Source of the DNA: Promethearchaeota archaeon
GTDB taxonomy: Archaea; Asgardarchaeota; Lokiarchaeia; Sigyniarchaeales; SOKP01
Direction: 5' to 3'
Assembly: GCA_016839705.1 (NCBI GenBank)
Contig: JAEOTR010000016.1
Coordinates: forward strand, 54,819-118,818
Length of the DNA: 64,000 nt
The position numbers were made by a program, and so were the translations under genes. Numbering within the stretch: the first letter of the stretch is position 1; the number at the start of each line of letters is the position of its first letter. Shown here one piece after another: positions 39,870 to 49,843 of this stretch. Under the pieces are notes generated by a model that had not been told where the DNA came from, did no database searches, and saw only the letters and a program-made list of their open reading frames with translations.

Positions 39870-41417
39870 ATAGAGCTGAATAGAAAGGATTACGGGACAG
39901 TTCTCACACCCCCTAAAACCGCAGAATATATTGTATCGAGATTAGGACCATTCAATGAAGAACAAAAGATTTTGGATCCGTGTGTGGGTCCTGGAATCTT
40001 TGTATCTAAATTATTAGAAGCAGGAATTAATAAAAATCAAATTCATACATTTGATGTGAATGTAAATTATAAACCTGAGATGGAAAAGTTAGGAGTTTCC
40101 TTTAAAAAGCAAGATACTCTTCTAACTTTATATCCTGATTCTTATTATGAATATGATATTATTCTAGGAAATCCTCCCTACTTAAATAAATCAAGCGTAT
40201 ATGTTAAACAAAATAAAAATACATTAAGAAAAATTTATGGAAAGGTAAATGCTCACGAAACTTATTCAATGTTCATATTAAATAGTATTTGGAGATTAAA
40301 GGAAGGAGGAAAATTGGGTTTTATTACAAGTGACTCATTTTTAACCCTCAGTACTCATCAAAAGCTAAGAAGATTTATTCTAAATAACTGTGAAATTAAT
40401 GAAATTCTTCTTGCCCCAAAGGATTTGTTTTCTAATCAAAATGTAAGTACTAGTCCAGTTATCATTATTTTAACGAAATGCACTGGTCGAAAGAATAAAA
40501 GGATCAGAGAAAAAAATAAAATGAAGATTATCCCTCGAGTTAATAGTGAGGATGATTATCTATCATTGGGAATTGTAAATGAAATAGAGCAAGAGAAATA
40601 CAATACTTTCCCATTTAATATATTTTATAATGATGTTGAAGAAGAAGTAATAGAACTGTTTGAAAAATCCCCTAAATTAGAAGAATACTTAAAAGGATTT
40701 ATTGGAATGCATACACATAATAATAGAAACTATATTGGGGCAGTTGAGGGAACAGAATTAGCTGAGATCTTTACAAAACGAAATAGAAGCATACTAGATC
40801 CTGATCAAGAATATAGAATCGTTTCAAGAAAGGATTTAGGGAGTGATCATTGGAAACCTTATTTGAAGAGGGGAGGTGCTGAACAATATTACCGGCCAAT
40901 AATAGAAGCCTTAAACTGGAGAAAAGAATCAAAAGAAGTATATGATATTCCAAAAAACGTCCCTTTTGAAGAAGAAGGATTAGTGATTAGTGGTGTGAGT
41001 TCCAGATTAGCTGCTCGATACATGCCAAGAGGTTGTTATTGGGATTCGAATAAAGCAATTGGTTTTATAATCAAGAATAAATCTATTTCTATTCATTATA
41101 TGTTGGGGTTGCTGAACAGTTCACTATATAACTACTTCGCGAAAGGGATTATTAACAACACTAATAGTATCCAAATTTCAGGAATTCATGCTTTACCGTT
41201 CACTATCCCTAATGAAGAATTAAAAGAAGAAATTGAAATATTAGTTAATAGAATTATACAAGCAAGGAAAAATAACCTAAAATTCGATATTATAAAGCAG
41301 CAAAAAGTAATCGATGAAAAAATTTTCGACTTCTATGCCAAGAGATTCAGACTTCCCATGAAACTTAAGAAAAAACTTGATGAGCAGTTTTCGATTTATA
41401 AACCTAATAGAGATTAA
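39870..41417 (+). CDS. N6-adenine DNA methyltransferase (Eco57I/TaqI-like, C-terminal specificity domain), orphan; start uncertain
   Basis: ILDPCVGPG (motif I), ILGNPPY (motif IV) and LGLLNSSL. The frame is open upstream of the 39972 TTG to a TGA at 39861-39863 and encodes motif X (RKDYGTVLTPPKTAEYIV). Confidence 0.8.
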   Translation: MELNRKDYGTVLTPPKTAEYIVSRLGPFNEEQKILDPCVGPGIFVSKLLEAGINKNQIHTFDVNVNYKPEMEKLGVSFKKQDTLLTLYPDSYYEYDIILGNPPYLNKSSVYVKQNKNTLRKIYGKVNAHETYSMFILNSIWRLKEGGKLGFITSDSFLTLSTHQKLRRFILNNCEINEILLAPKDLFSNQNVSTSPVIIILTKCTGRKNKRIREKNKMKIIPRVNSEDDYLSLGIVNEIEQEKYNTFPFNIFYNDVEEEVIELFEKSPKLEEYLKGFIGMHTHNNRNYIGAVEGTELAEIFTKRNRSILDPDQEYRIVSRKDLGSDHWKPYLKRGGAEQYYRPIIEALNWRKESKEVYDIPKNVPFEEEGLVISGVSSRLAARYMPRGCYWDSNKAIGFIIKNKSISIHYMLGLLNSSLYNYFAKGIINNTNSIQISGIHALPFTIPNEELKEEIEILVNRIIQARKNNLKFDIIKQQKVIDEKIFDFYAKRFRLPMKLKKKLDEQFSIYKPNRD

Positions 41418-41418
41418 T

Positions 41419-43242
41419 CTATAGCTTTTCTCCTCTTATTTCATTCTCATATTTCTTTCTACGTTCTTTAAGATATTCGGGAATAGGAACATCCCACCAT
41501 CCCATAGCGGGGCTCCCTGTGAATGGAAATTCACGATTCACTAATATTTCAATGACCGATGGTTTTGCTGATTTACTTGCCCTTTCTAATGCAGGAATAA
41601 TCTCTTCCTTCTTAGAGATCCTTTCAGCATAACACCCAAATGCTTCCCCAATTTCTGCGAAATTAGGTGAATAGCTTTTTCCATTTTTAGTTGTAAATGC
41701 TGTACCATATGCTCTATCTTCTCCATATGCTGATTGTTGCAAATCTTTAATTGCAATCCATCCATGATTATTAAGCACTAAAAAGAAAATATTTGTCATA
41801 TCTAATTGAACAGCTACTGACAGTTCTGAAATTGTCATCATAAAGTCCCCGTCTCCTATAAGGGCCACAACCTGTCGATTTGGTTTACCAATATCAATTG
41901 AACCTAATTTAGCACCGATCGCTGCGGGAAGGCTGTAGCCCATTGTTGAAAATCCTCCAGCAGTAATACAAGTTTTTGGTTCATAAAATTCGAGTTCTTG
42001 GATCATTTGAGCTTGTACATTTCCAGAGCTAGTCACAATTACAGCATCTCTTTCGAAAAATTTCCTTATTTCCCGAAGTACTGAAGAAATCATAACTGGG
42101 CTTTTTTCCTCATCTATATACTCATTTAAGAATTTAATCCAATTTTTCTTTTCCACCTGTATCTCCTTGAAATAATCTGTATTTCTATAATCTTTTGAAA
42201 ATCTCTCTTTGGCTAAAATATCAAGAATCTGCCTTAAACAGGATTTTGCATCACTAACAATTCCTATGCTAACTGGATAATTTTTGCCAATTTCATGAGG
42301 ATCTATATCAATTTGAATCAATTTCGTAGGAGGAATTGAAAAACTTACCCCCTCTTTGTATGAACTTGCAGTTTCATCAGCAAAACGACACCCCACTGAA
42401 ATTATCACATCAGCTGTAGAAGTAACTTTTAAACCGATAGATGTTCCTTTACTTCCAGTACTCCAGGCAAATAAGGGGTGATCATTTGGGAAAGCATCTT
42501 TTGCCATCATCGTAACTACTACTGCAGCCCCAATTTTTTCTGCTAATTCTTTAACTTCTTCAAAAGCCTCAGCGGAGACTATACCACCTCCTAACAATAA
42601 AACCGGTCTTTTTGAACCCTTTATTATTTTCACAGCTTTCTGAATGAGTGCAGGGTCGCCTAGAACTCGTCCATTGGATCTTCTCTCAAGCGGTTCAGGA
42701 ATTTCGACATCACTTGCAACTGCTTGTACATCCATAGGGAGGTCAATTACAACTGGACCATTTCTACCTGTTATCATCTGGTTAAAAGCTCTTTGTAAAA
42801 TTGTAGGTAACTGTGCGATTGAACTAACTTGCCATACACGCTTACTTATAGGTTCCAATATTCGATACATATCAGAATCTCGTCTTCGTTCAATTTCTTG
42901 AAGTACACCCTGTCCTCTCATATGGACATGAGTATCTCCTGTTAAGACTAAAACCGGCATACTATCAACATATGCATCCGCAACACCAATAGCTGTATTA
43001 ATCGCACCAGGTCCAATAGATGTAAATACACATAAAGGCTGTTTAGTTATTCTATAGTAACCTATTGCCATGTGAACAGCACTCATTTCCTGTTTGGGTT
43101 GAATTAAGGTGATCTTATCTTGATTTTTGTAAAATGCATCAGTTAAAGCTAAATTGCCGTGCCCTGGGATTCCTAAAACATATTTGACACCTTCTTTAAT
43201 AAGATACTTAGCAATTATCTCGCCACCAGTATAATTCATCAT
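41419..43242 (-). CDS. ThDP-dependent enzyme (acetolactate synthase large subunit/IolD-like)
   Basis: GIPGHGN, TSIGPGA, GPVVIDLP, QIDID, FSTMGY and GDGDF...NNHG ThDP motif. Confidence 0.85.
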   Translation of the reverse strand: MMNYTGGEIIAKYLIKEGVKYVLGIPGHGNLALTDAFYKNQDKITLIQPKQEMSAVHMAIGYYRITKQPLCVFTSIGPGAINTAIGVADAYVDSMPVLVLTGDTHVHMRGQGVLQEIERRRDSDMYRILEPISKRVWQVSSIAQLPTILQRAFNQMITGRNGPVVIDLPMDVQAVASDVEIPEPLERRSNGRVLGDPALIQKAVKIIKGSKRPVLLLGGGIVSAEAFEEVKELAEKIGAAVVVTMMAKDAFPNDHPLFAWSTGSKGTSIGLKVTSTADVIISVGCRFADETASSYKEGVSFSIPPTKLIQIDIDPHEIGKNYPVSIGIVSDAKSCLRQILDILAKERFSKDYRNTDYFKEIQVEKKNWIKFLNEYIDEEKSPVMISSVLREIRKFFERDAVIVTSSGNVQAQMIQELEFYEPKTCITAGGFSTMGYSLPAAIGAKLGSIDIGKPNRQVVALIGDGDFMMTISELSVAVQLDMTNIFFLVLNNHGWIAIKDLQQSAYGEDRAYGTAFTTKNGKSYSPNFAEIGEAFGCYAERISKKEEIIPALERASKSAKPSVIEILVNREFPFTGSPAMGWWDVPIPEYLKERRKKYENEIRGEKL

Positions 43243-43424
43243 AATTGTACTCCTAATTTTTATTTAGTTTAACATATAAAATTTTTAATTGAAAGTTAAA
43301 TAAGATTTTAATTATATTGAAACTCTAAAAGGAATTAGTCTTAAGTTTCCATATATTATTTTAATAATAATATGTAATACATTAATACTAAAAAATGTAT
43401 AAAAACAAAATAAAATGATTTTCT

Positions 43425-44459
43425 ATGGTTATTGAAACGGATATAACTAAAATGTTTGGAATCAAACATCCTATAATTGGAGCTCCCATGGGCCCTTTTT
43501 ATACAACAGATTTAACAATTGCGGTCTCAGAAGCTGGCGGCTTAGGAGTACTAAGCCATACCAACTTATTTGGAGGAAGCCCAATTGAGGAAATGAAAAA
43601 AAACATGCTATATGTGGTAGAACATACTGACAAACCATTTGGATTTAATGTTAGGACCGCACGTATGCAACCAGACGCTCCTTCACTTTGTAGAAAAATT
43701 CCACAATTCATAATGAATAATCCTAAAATTAAGGAACAATGCAGGTATGTAATCACAAGTGCAGGTTCCCCTAAAATGATGAAAACAAAAAGTTTTCAAA
43801 AGCTAAAAGAAAGTGGGTCAGAGATAAAACATTTTCATGTCGCCCCAGCATTATGGCTCGCAGATAAATGCATTGCAGCGGAAGTTGATGGTATGGTAGT
43901 AACGGGAGGCGAAGGTGGAGGACATCAATCATATGAAAAAGTAAGTACATTAGTTTTACTTCAACAGGTCGCAGAAAAATATCCAGATTTGCCTATAATT
44001 GCGTGTGGGGGTTTTGCGACAGGTATGGGACTAGCAGCAGCTTTAGCTATGGGTGCTGGTGCAGTAGCAATGGGTTCAAGATTCATTGCATCAAAAGAAA
44101 GCGAATTTCACGAAAATTATAAAAATGTTGTCCCCTCTGCTAAAGCTCAAGATACTATTCTAGTAACTGGATTTTTTGGACCTATTAGATTATGGAAAAA
44201 TAAATACGCTTTATCCCATGATCTTGTTGCCACTAAAGAAGAAAAAATCGCAATAGAAACTGCACTGACTGCCGAAGAAATGATGGACCAATTAAAAAAA
44301 GGTGAACTTGCTTATCAAGGAAATATTGAAGATGGGAGTATTCTTTTAGGTCAAAGTATTGGAATTATAAATTCAATTGAAAGTGTAAAAGATATTATCA
44401 ATTCAATTGTCTCTGATGCAGAGAAATCCTTAAAAAGTGCCTATACGCAAATTAAATAG
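43425..44459 (+). CDS. Nitronate monooxygenase/enoyl-ACP reductase II (FabK-like) flavoprotein
   Basis: HPIIGAPM, VSEAGGLG, KPFGFN, GGEGGGH, ACGG, MGSRF and GQSIG. Confidence 0.82.
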   Translation: MVIETDITKMFGIKHPIIGAPMGPFYTTDLTIAVSEAGGLGVLSHTNLFGGSPIEEMKKNMLYVVEHTDKPFGFNVRTARMQPDAPSLCRKIPQFIMNNPKIKEQCRYVITSAGSPKMMKTKSFQKLKESGSEIKHFHVAPALWLADKCIAAEVDGMVVTGGEGGGHQSYEKVSTLVLLQQVAEKYPDLPIIACGGFATGMGLAAALAMGAGAVAMGSRFIASKESEFHENYKNVVPSAKAQDTILVTGFFGPIRLWKNKYALSHDLVATKEEKIAIETALTAEEMMDQLKKGELAYQGNIEDGSILLGQSIGIINSIESVKDIINSIVSDAEKSLKSAYTQIK

Positions 44460-44640
44460 TTAAATTTTTAATAATATATCACTAAGTAAGCAGTTTTTTT
44501 GAATTTTGTTTTTTTTTCTCTTTAATCATTGTTAGAAAAAAAGTTTGAAAATTTCTATGCCCTTTCGATTTATAAATCAAAATTCAAGAGATAGAATTAA
44601 AAACGATTAGAAAAATTAGTGCAAATCTACTTAGAGATAA

Positions 44641-45966
44641 ATGCCATCTACTTTAGAAAAGATTCGAGTTTTGGGAGAAAATTCAAAATATGATATTTGT
44701 GCAAGTACCGCTTCAAGTCGTACCGCTAAATATCCAAAACTCTTTGGAGATACGAAAAAATGGATAGGAGCTACTGCAAGTGCAGGTATTTGCCATAGTT
44801 ATACTCCTGATGGTAGATGCATGAGTCTTTTCAAAACTCTCTATACTAACAAATGTATCTATGATTGTAAATACTGCTTTTCTCATTCCTGTAAGAAGAA
44901 GATGAGCTTCACACCAGAGGAATATGCACGTACTTTTATGAAACTTTATTCAATGAATACAGTAGAAGGAGTATTCATATCATCTGGAGTTTGTGGAAGT
45001 GCTGATAAGACCACAGAGGATATGTTGGAAGCGATAAGACTTCTTAGATTCAAATACAATTTTCGAGGATATGTACATTTTAAATGCTTACCTGGCGTTA
45101 GTAAATATCTACTAAAAGAAGCTATAACATTATCTGATCGTATCTCAGTCAATACAGAAGCTTCTACCAAAGATCATCTCTCTGAAATTGCGGATCAAAA
45201 AGATTTTAATAATGATATTCTAACTCGTCAACGCTGGTTAAAGCAGATTCGGATTAGACATAACGATGAAACTCTTAAAACAATGAAGGATTTGAAACAA
45301 GACAACAAATTAGAGTTCCAAGAAAAAATGATTAAAGATAGAAGAGCAAACGGATACAAAAAGTTCAGATGGGATTCTGCACCTATTTTAAACAGCGGTC
45401 AGACTACTCAGTTTGTGGTAGGGGCTGCTGAGAGTGAAACTGATTATGATCTACTTAAAAGAATTGATTGGGGATATCGGGAAATTGATTTAAGGCGTGC
45501 TTATTTTTCATCTTTCATTCCAATTGAAGGTACCCCTTTAGCAGGTAAACAAGCAGCCTCACTTGCGAGAGAACATCGTTTATATCAAACAGATTGGCTA
45601 CTTCGGATATATCATTATAATTTGAAAGATATAGAAGAAGTAATTACCGAAGAAGGTAATTTACCACAAGGAGATCCGAAAGTTCATTTGGCTAGGAAAT
45701 ATTTTAAAGATCATAGTCTGGTAGATCCAAATCTCGTATCATATAATGAGTTATTACGCGTCCCAGGAATCGGTCCCATTTCAGCGAAAAGAATTATAAA
45801 CTTACGAGCGAAAAAATTTTTTATTAAACGCCGTGAGGATTTAAAATCTGTTGGTGTAGTATTAAAAAGAGCCGATCCTTTTCTACAAATAAATGGCCAG
45901 AATCAAACAACACTTCAAAATTTTTTCAATCTTGAGAATAGCACTATGCAAAGTGAAATTAAATGA
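44641..45966 (+). CDS. Putative DNA modification/repair radical SAM protein with C-terminal HhH motif
   Basis: KYDIC-x-S, GICHSYTPDGRC-x-SLFK, CIYDCKYC, GQTTQFVVGA, REHRLYQTDWLLR and LLRVPGIG (TIGR03916-type architecture). Confidence 0.88.
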   Translation: MPSTLEKIRVLGENSKYDICASTASSRTAKYPKLFGDTKKWIGATASAGICHSYTPDGRCMSLFKTLYTNKCIYDCKYCFSHSCKKKMSFTPEEYARTFMKLYSMNTVEGVFISSGVCGSADKTTEDMLEAIRLLRFKYNFRGYVHFKCLPGVSKYLLKEAITLSDRISVNTEASTKDHLSEIADQKDFNNDILTRQRWLKQIRIRHNDETLKTMKDLKQDNKLEFQEKMIKDRRANGYKKFRWDSAPILNSGQTTQFVVGAAESETDYDLLKRIDWGYREIDLRRAYFSSFIPIEGTPLAGKQAASLAREHRLYQTDWLLRIYHYNLKDIEEVITEEGNLPQGDPKVHLARKYFKDHSLVDPNLVSYNELLRVPGIGPISAKRIINLRAKKFFIKRREDLKSVGVVLKRADPFLQINGQNQTTLQNFFNLENSTMQSEIK

Positions 45967-46625
45967 CAAAAAAAAGTTGTGAACAAGATCCGTTAGAAGT
46001 TGTAGGTCGTACTAAAGGTTATTCACATGAAGAATTAATTGAAAATCTTCCCCGTCATTGTAAATCATCTCCAATTCTAATCCAACAGGTACAGGAAATG
46101 CCTGAAGTAGTTTTACGCAATTCAGGCACGCTTATTGCTAAAAAAGTAAAAAAAATGATGGGAGAAGTTTATACAGAAGCTTATCGAGCAAGGCAATTTA
46201 CAAGGACAGAAATAAATAATCGGGGTGTATTATTTGGGGTGGTCTTGCTTAAACACAGAGTAATTGATCTTGTCCTTAATTATTTTCACGAAAGATTTCC
46301 AGAATGTATAATATGTTTATACAACGAGCATAACCATAAAACAACTACAATAGACGAAAAAGGAAATATTCGTGTGTATAAATCTCAATTAAATAAGGTT
46401 GTAAGAATAGTTAGTGATCCTCGCCCCATTGTTCCATATTTCGAAGACATCCAGTTTACTGGGAAACAAATCTTTGAAACTCTGTATACCTCACAATTTA
46501 TTCCTGAACGAGAAAACAGAGAATTTTTTAAAAGAATGATTCCAGACAAATGTTTTGAGTTACCTGGGATGAAAGAAGGAGTAGAAAAACGGTTTCGAAA
46601 TAAGAAATTGAGTGATTTTTTTTGA
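45963..46625 (+). CDS. DUF4130-like partner of the DNA-repair radical SAM protein
   Basis: ATGA overlap with the upstream gene. EAYRARQFTR, HRVIDLVLNYFHERF and LYTSQFIPEREN...RMIP resemble the DUF4130 pattern. Confidence 0.6.
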   Translation: MTKKSCEQDPLEVVGRTKGYSHEELIENLPRHCKSSPILIQQVQEMPEVVLRNSGTLIAKKVKKMMGEVYTEAYRARQFTRTEINNRGVLFGVVLLKHRVIDLVLNYFHERFPECIICLYNEHNHKTTTIDEKGNIRVYKSQLNKVVRIVSDPRPIVPYFEDIQFTGKQIFETLYTSQFIPERENREFFKRMIPDKCFELPGMKEGVEKRFRNKKLSDFF

Positions 46626-46627
46626 TT

Positions 46628-47404
46628 TTACATTATCTGAGCAAATATTTCTTTTGCTTCTTGATATGAAGAATTATCCTTTGGGAGATCTAACAAATTC
46701 CCTCCAGTCAGGTTTATCGCACTAATTTCATCATTATTTGATATGAAACCCAAAAGTTTTACATTTTGTTGATTTATCTTTTCTATTTCATCTATTAAGA
46801 TTTTTCTTAAATTAGCTGGGAATCGATTTCCTAAAACCCAAATAATTTCAAATTTTAAATCTACTTCTGAAGTAATTTCTAATATACGCTTTAGCGTGTG
46901 GATACCCATTTTTGAAGGATCTGTAACAATAACTAAATCTGTGACATTTCGTCCAGTTTTACGAGCAAAGTGTTCTAAACCTGCGGGAGAATCTAGTAAT
47001 GTAATATCATAGTTTTTCGCAAGTGTATCGACCACATTTTTTAGCACTGAATTAATGTAACAATAGCAACCTTCACCTTCTTGACGTCCCATTTCCAATA
47101 AGTCAAAATCATCCATTTCAATAAGACAATCATAGACATCACCTTCAATTATTTGGTTTTTTGGGACATCTAGAGGAAGTTGTCTCTTTTGGATTTTATC
47201 CTTTAGATCTTTCATTTTCCCACCAATAGTGTCGCAAAACTGAACCTCTTCGCCAATTACATCAGCAATATTAGCATCAGGGTCAGAATCTATTACTAAA
47301 ATATCCAGTTTATTTTTAGTTTCTATAATATATTTTAAAAAAAGTGCTAGAGAAGTAGTTTTACCTACACCTCCCTTTCCAGAAAACGCTACGATCCTCT
47401 TCAT
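46628..47404 (-). CDS. cooC: CooC/AcsF-type nickel-insertion ATPase
   Basis: Deviant Walker A GKGGVGKT, IDSDPD, EGCYC (metal-binding CxC) and AGLEH. Confidence 0.82.
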   Translation of the reverse strand: MKRIVAFSGKGGVGKTTSLALFLKYIIETKNKLDILVIDSDPDANIADVIGEEVQFCDTIGGKMKDLKDKIQKRQLPLDVPKNQIIEGDVYDCLIEMDDFDLLEMGRQEGEGCYCYINSVLKNVVDTLAKNYDITLLDSPAGLEHFARKTGRNVTDLVIVTDPSKMGIHTLKRILEITSEVDLKFEIIWVLGNRFPANLRKILIDEIEKINQQNVKLLGFISNNDEISAINLTGGNLLDLPKDNSSYQEAKEIFAQIM

Positions 47405-47557
47405 TTATAAAATTACACCTAAAATAATAATTTGCTATGTAATGTTAATGGAATTAAAATTAAAAATTTATTATAAATAATTTAGAAGACTTAAGAGTGA
47501 TTAGGAAAAATAAATTAATCGAATTAGACAAGAAACTAATATTAAATAGAAAATACT

Positions 47558-48022
47558 ATGGAAATCATGTCAATTCGTTATATTAAGAAATGTGAAATGA
47601 ATGATTTATTAACCCTTTATACTCAGCTTCACCGAAAAGACACACCTTTACCAGAAAAATCTCGGTTATTATCTATTTGGGAGGAAATCACTACTAACTC
47701 CTTATTACATTATTTTGTGGTAGAATATGAAGATAAAATAGTTTCTTCTTGTACTCTTTCTATCATACCAAATTTCACACGGAGTGGGAGGCCATATGGG
47801 TTGATTGAGAATGTAGTAACTCGTTCAGATTATCGAAGAAAGGGATTTGGGTTAAAAGTTCTCCGAGGTGCTCTTAAAGTTGCTTGGGAAAAAAATTGTT
47901 ATAAGGAAATGTTATTAACAGGCTCAAAGGATCCCGCAATTCATCAATTTTATGAAAAATCAGGGTTTAAACAAGGGGTAAAAACAGGGTTTGTTGCGAA
48001 TGCACCTGATTATCGGGGATAG
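47558..48022 (+). CDS. GNAT family N-acetyltransferase
   Basis: IENVVT-x3-YRRKGFG, CYK-x-ML and FYEKSGF. Confidence 0.85.
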   Translation: MEIMSIRYIKKCEMNDLLTLYTQLHRKDTPLPEKSRLLSIWEEITTNSLLHYFVVEYEDKIVSSCTLSIIPNFTRSGRPYGLIENVVTRSDYRRKGFGLKVLRGALKVAWEKNCYKEMLLTGSKDPAIHQFYEKSGFKQGVKTGFVANAPDYRG

Positions 48023-48035
48023 GAGGAGATTAATC

Positions 48036-48710
48036 CTGAGAAATAAAACCTTAGATATTAAAGGAATTATTTTTGATTTTGATTTTACATTAGCAGACTC
48101 TTCAAAGGGAGTAATTGAATGCGTAAATTATGCCATAAAGAAGTTAGGATTCACAGAATTTTCCGGTGAGAAGATAAAAAAGACAATTGGTCTTACACTT
48201 GAACAATCTTTTTCAAGTTTAGTAGGAAAACAACATTTAGATAAAACTGAGAAATTTAAGTATTATTTCGTTGAAAGAGCAGATGAAATTATGTCAGATT
48301 TTACTGAGTTATATAGAGTAACATCTGATGTAATCAAATTATTACATAATAGAGGGATTAAATTAGGGATCGTTTCTACGAAATTTCGCTATCGAATAAT
48401 GAATATTCTAAAGAGAGAGGAGCTTTTAGATTTTTTTGATATTATTATAGGTGGTGAAGATGTTCAGAAGCATAAACCTGATCCGAGAGGTTTATTAAAA
48501 GCGATAAAGAAATTGAATTTATCTATTTCACAGGCTATTTATGTAGGAGATAGCTTAACTGATGCTGAGACAGCCTTTAGAGCGGGAGTATCTTTCGTTG
48601 TAGTGCTTTCTGGTGTTACTCCTCAAAATGAATTTGACAATTATCATGTTATTCAGTTCCTAAAAGACGTTTCTGAGATTCCTAGATTATTAAATTTAAA
48701 TAAGGGTTAG
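48036..48710 (+). CDS. HAD-superfamily hydrolase (phosphoglycolate phosphatase-like); probable CTG start at 48036
   Basis: FDFDFTL, VSTK, KPDP and YVGDSLTD. GGAGGAG lies just upstream of an in-frame CTG, whereas the listed 47991 start lies inside the previous gene. Confidence 0.8.
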   Translation: MRNKTLDIKGIIFDFDFTLADSSKGVIECVNYAIKKLGFTEFSGEKIKKTIGLTLEQSFSSLVGKQHLDKTEKFKYYFVERADEIMSDFTELYRVTSDVIKLLHNRGIKLGIVSTKFRYRIMNILKREELLDFFDIIIGGEDVQKHKPDPRGLLKAIKKLNLSISQAIYVGDSLTDAETAFRAGVSFVVVLSGVTPQNEFDNYHVIQFLKDVSEIPRLLNLNKG

Positions 48711-48784
48711 AAACTAAATACATAGGGCTAATGGGTGTTAATTAAAATTATGTCTAGTAATTAACAATTTTCAATATAACCTAA

Positions 48785-49612
48785 TTATCTTCTTTGGTCT
48801 GGTCGTCTTTGCTCTTGTCGATAAACAGGTACGATTTTACTTGTGAATTCATCAACAGTATAGGGAAATTCTTCTAGACTATCTATCTTCCCTAATTCGA
48901 GCATAATTTTTCTTGCCAGAAGCCAAAAGGCTAAACCTAGTGCTTTTTTACCACGGTTATTCGCTGGAATTGCGAGGTCTATTCCATTTAATGTATCATC
49001 CGTATCAAATAGGGAAACTACAGGAGTTCGGGCTAATTTAGCTTCACGTAGAATAACTTTATCTGCATGTGGATCAACAATTACTACAACTGAGGCGTCT
49101 TTTATATAGGTATCTATAAGCGGATTAGTTAAGCTACCTGGTATAAATCTTGTTATAACTGATTTACACCCTAATACTTCACAAAATTTTTTAACAGGTT
49201 CTTTCCCGTATCTTCTCACTGAAGTTACTATAACTCGATCGCTTCCCTCCTCGATGTATTTGCTCAAGAATTTTGCTGCGATCTGTAATCTTTCATCAGT
49301 TTTAGTCAAGTCAATGACGTAAAGTCCATAATTTGTTTGTCGATATATAAACCTTCGAGCATCTCCAGTCAGTAGTTTAGTTCCGATGTGTATCCCGCAA
49401 CTCAAGTAAAGTTGTTTTCGTTCTTCGTCTTTATCAATTAATTCTTCTTTAATATCTAATTCTGATTCAATATCTTCTGTATCTAATAATTCAAGTTCTT
49501 CTTCGAGATCTAAATCTTCCTCGAAATCCACTTCCATATTTTCTTCGAAGTCTTCAATGGTTGCCTCTTTATTCTCACTTTCTTTTTCTGATTTTTTTTT
49601 CTTTCTAGCCAA
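48785..49612 (-). CDS. rps2: 30S ribosomal protein uS2 (archaeal) with acidic N-terminal extension
   Basis: YLSCGIHIGT, GLYVIDL, RFIPGSLTNP, DP and DLAIPANNRGKKALGLAFWLLAR. Confidence 0.93.
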   Translation of the reverse strand: MARKKKKSEKESENKEATIEDFEENMEVDFEEDLDLEEELELLDTEDIESELDIKEELIDKDEERKQLYLSCGIHIGTKLLTGDARRFIYRQTNYGLYVIDLTKTDERLQIAAKFLSKYIEEGSDRVIVTSVRRYGKEPVKKFCEVLGCKSVITRFIPGSLTNPLIDTYIKDASVVVIVDPHADKVILREAKLARTPVVSLFDTDDTLNGIDLAIPANNRGKKALGLAFWLLARKIMLELGKIDSLEEFPYTVDEFTSKIVPVYRQEQRRPDQRR

Positions 49613-49843
49613 GATAGTCGCCTTGCTTGTTTTTTCTTTTATTTCTTCTATTATTTATAACTTAATTTTAGAAAGCTATGAATAATTGAATAAATTTGAC
49701 ATAACTTTAATATTTTATTAAGAGTTTTGCTCTAAAATAAACCAGATCTTAAGTATTAATATAGCAAAAATGATTTTAATTATTAATATAATTTATCATT
49801 CATAATCATAATAAATCAAAACTATTTTGCACTGGTTATTACA

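Noticed and set aside
45240-45390. Charged insert in the DNA-repair radical SAM protein as an intein or in-frame intron
   Set aside because: It has no intein terminal residues and no BHB boundaries that I could see; it more likely represents a variable loop.
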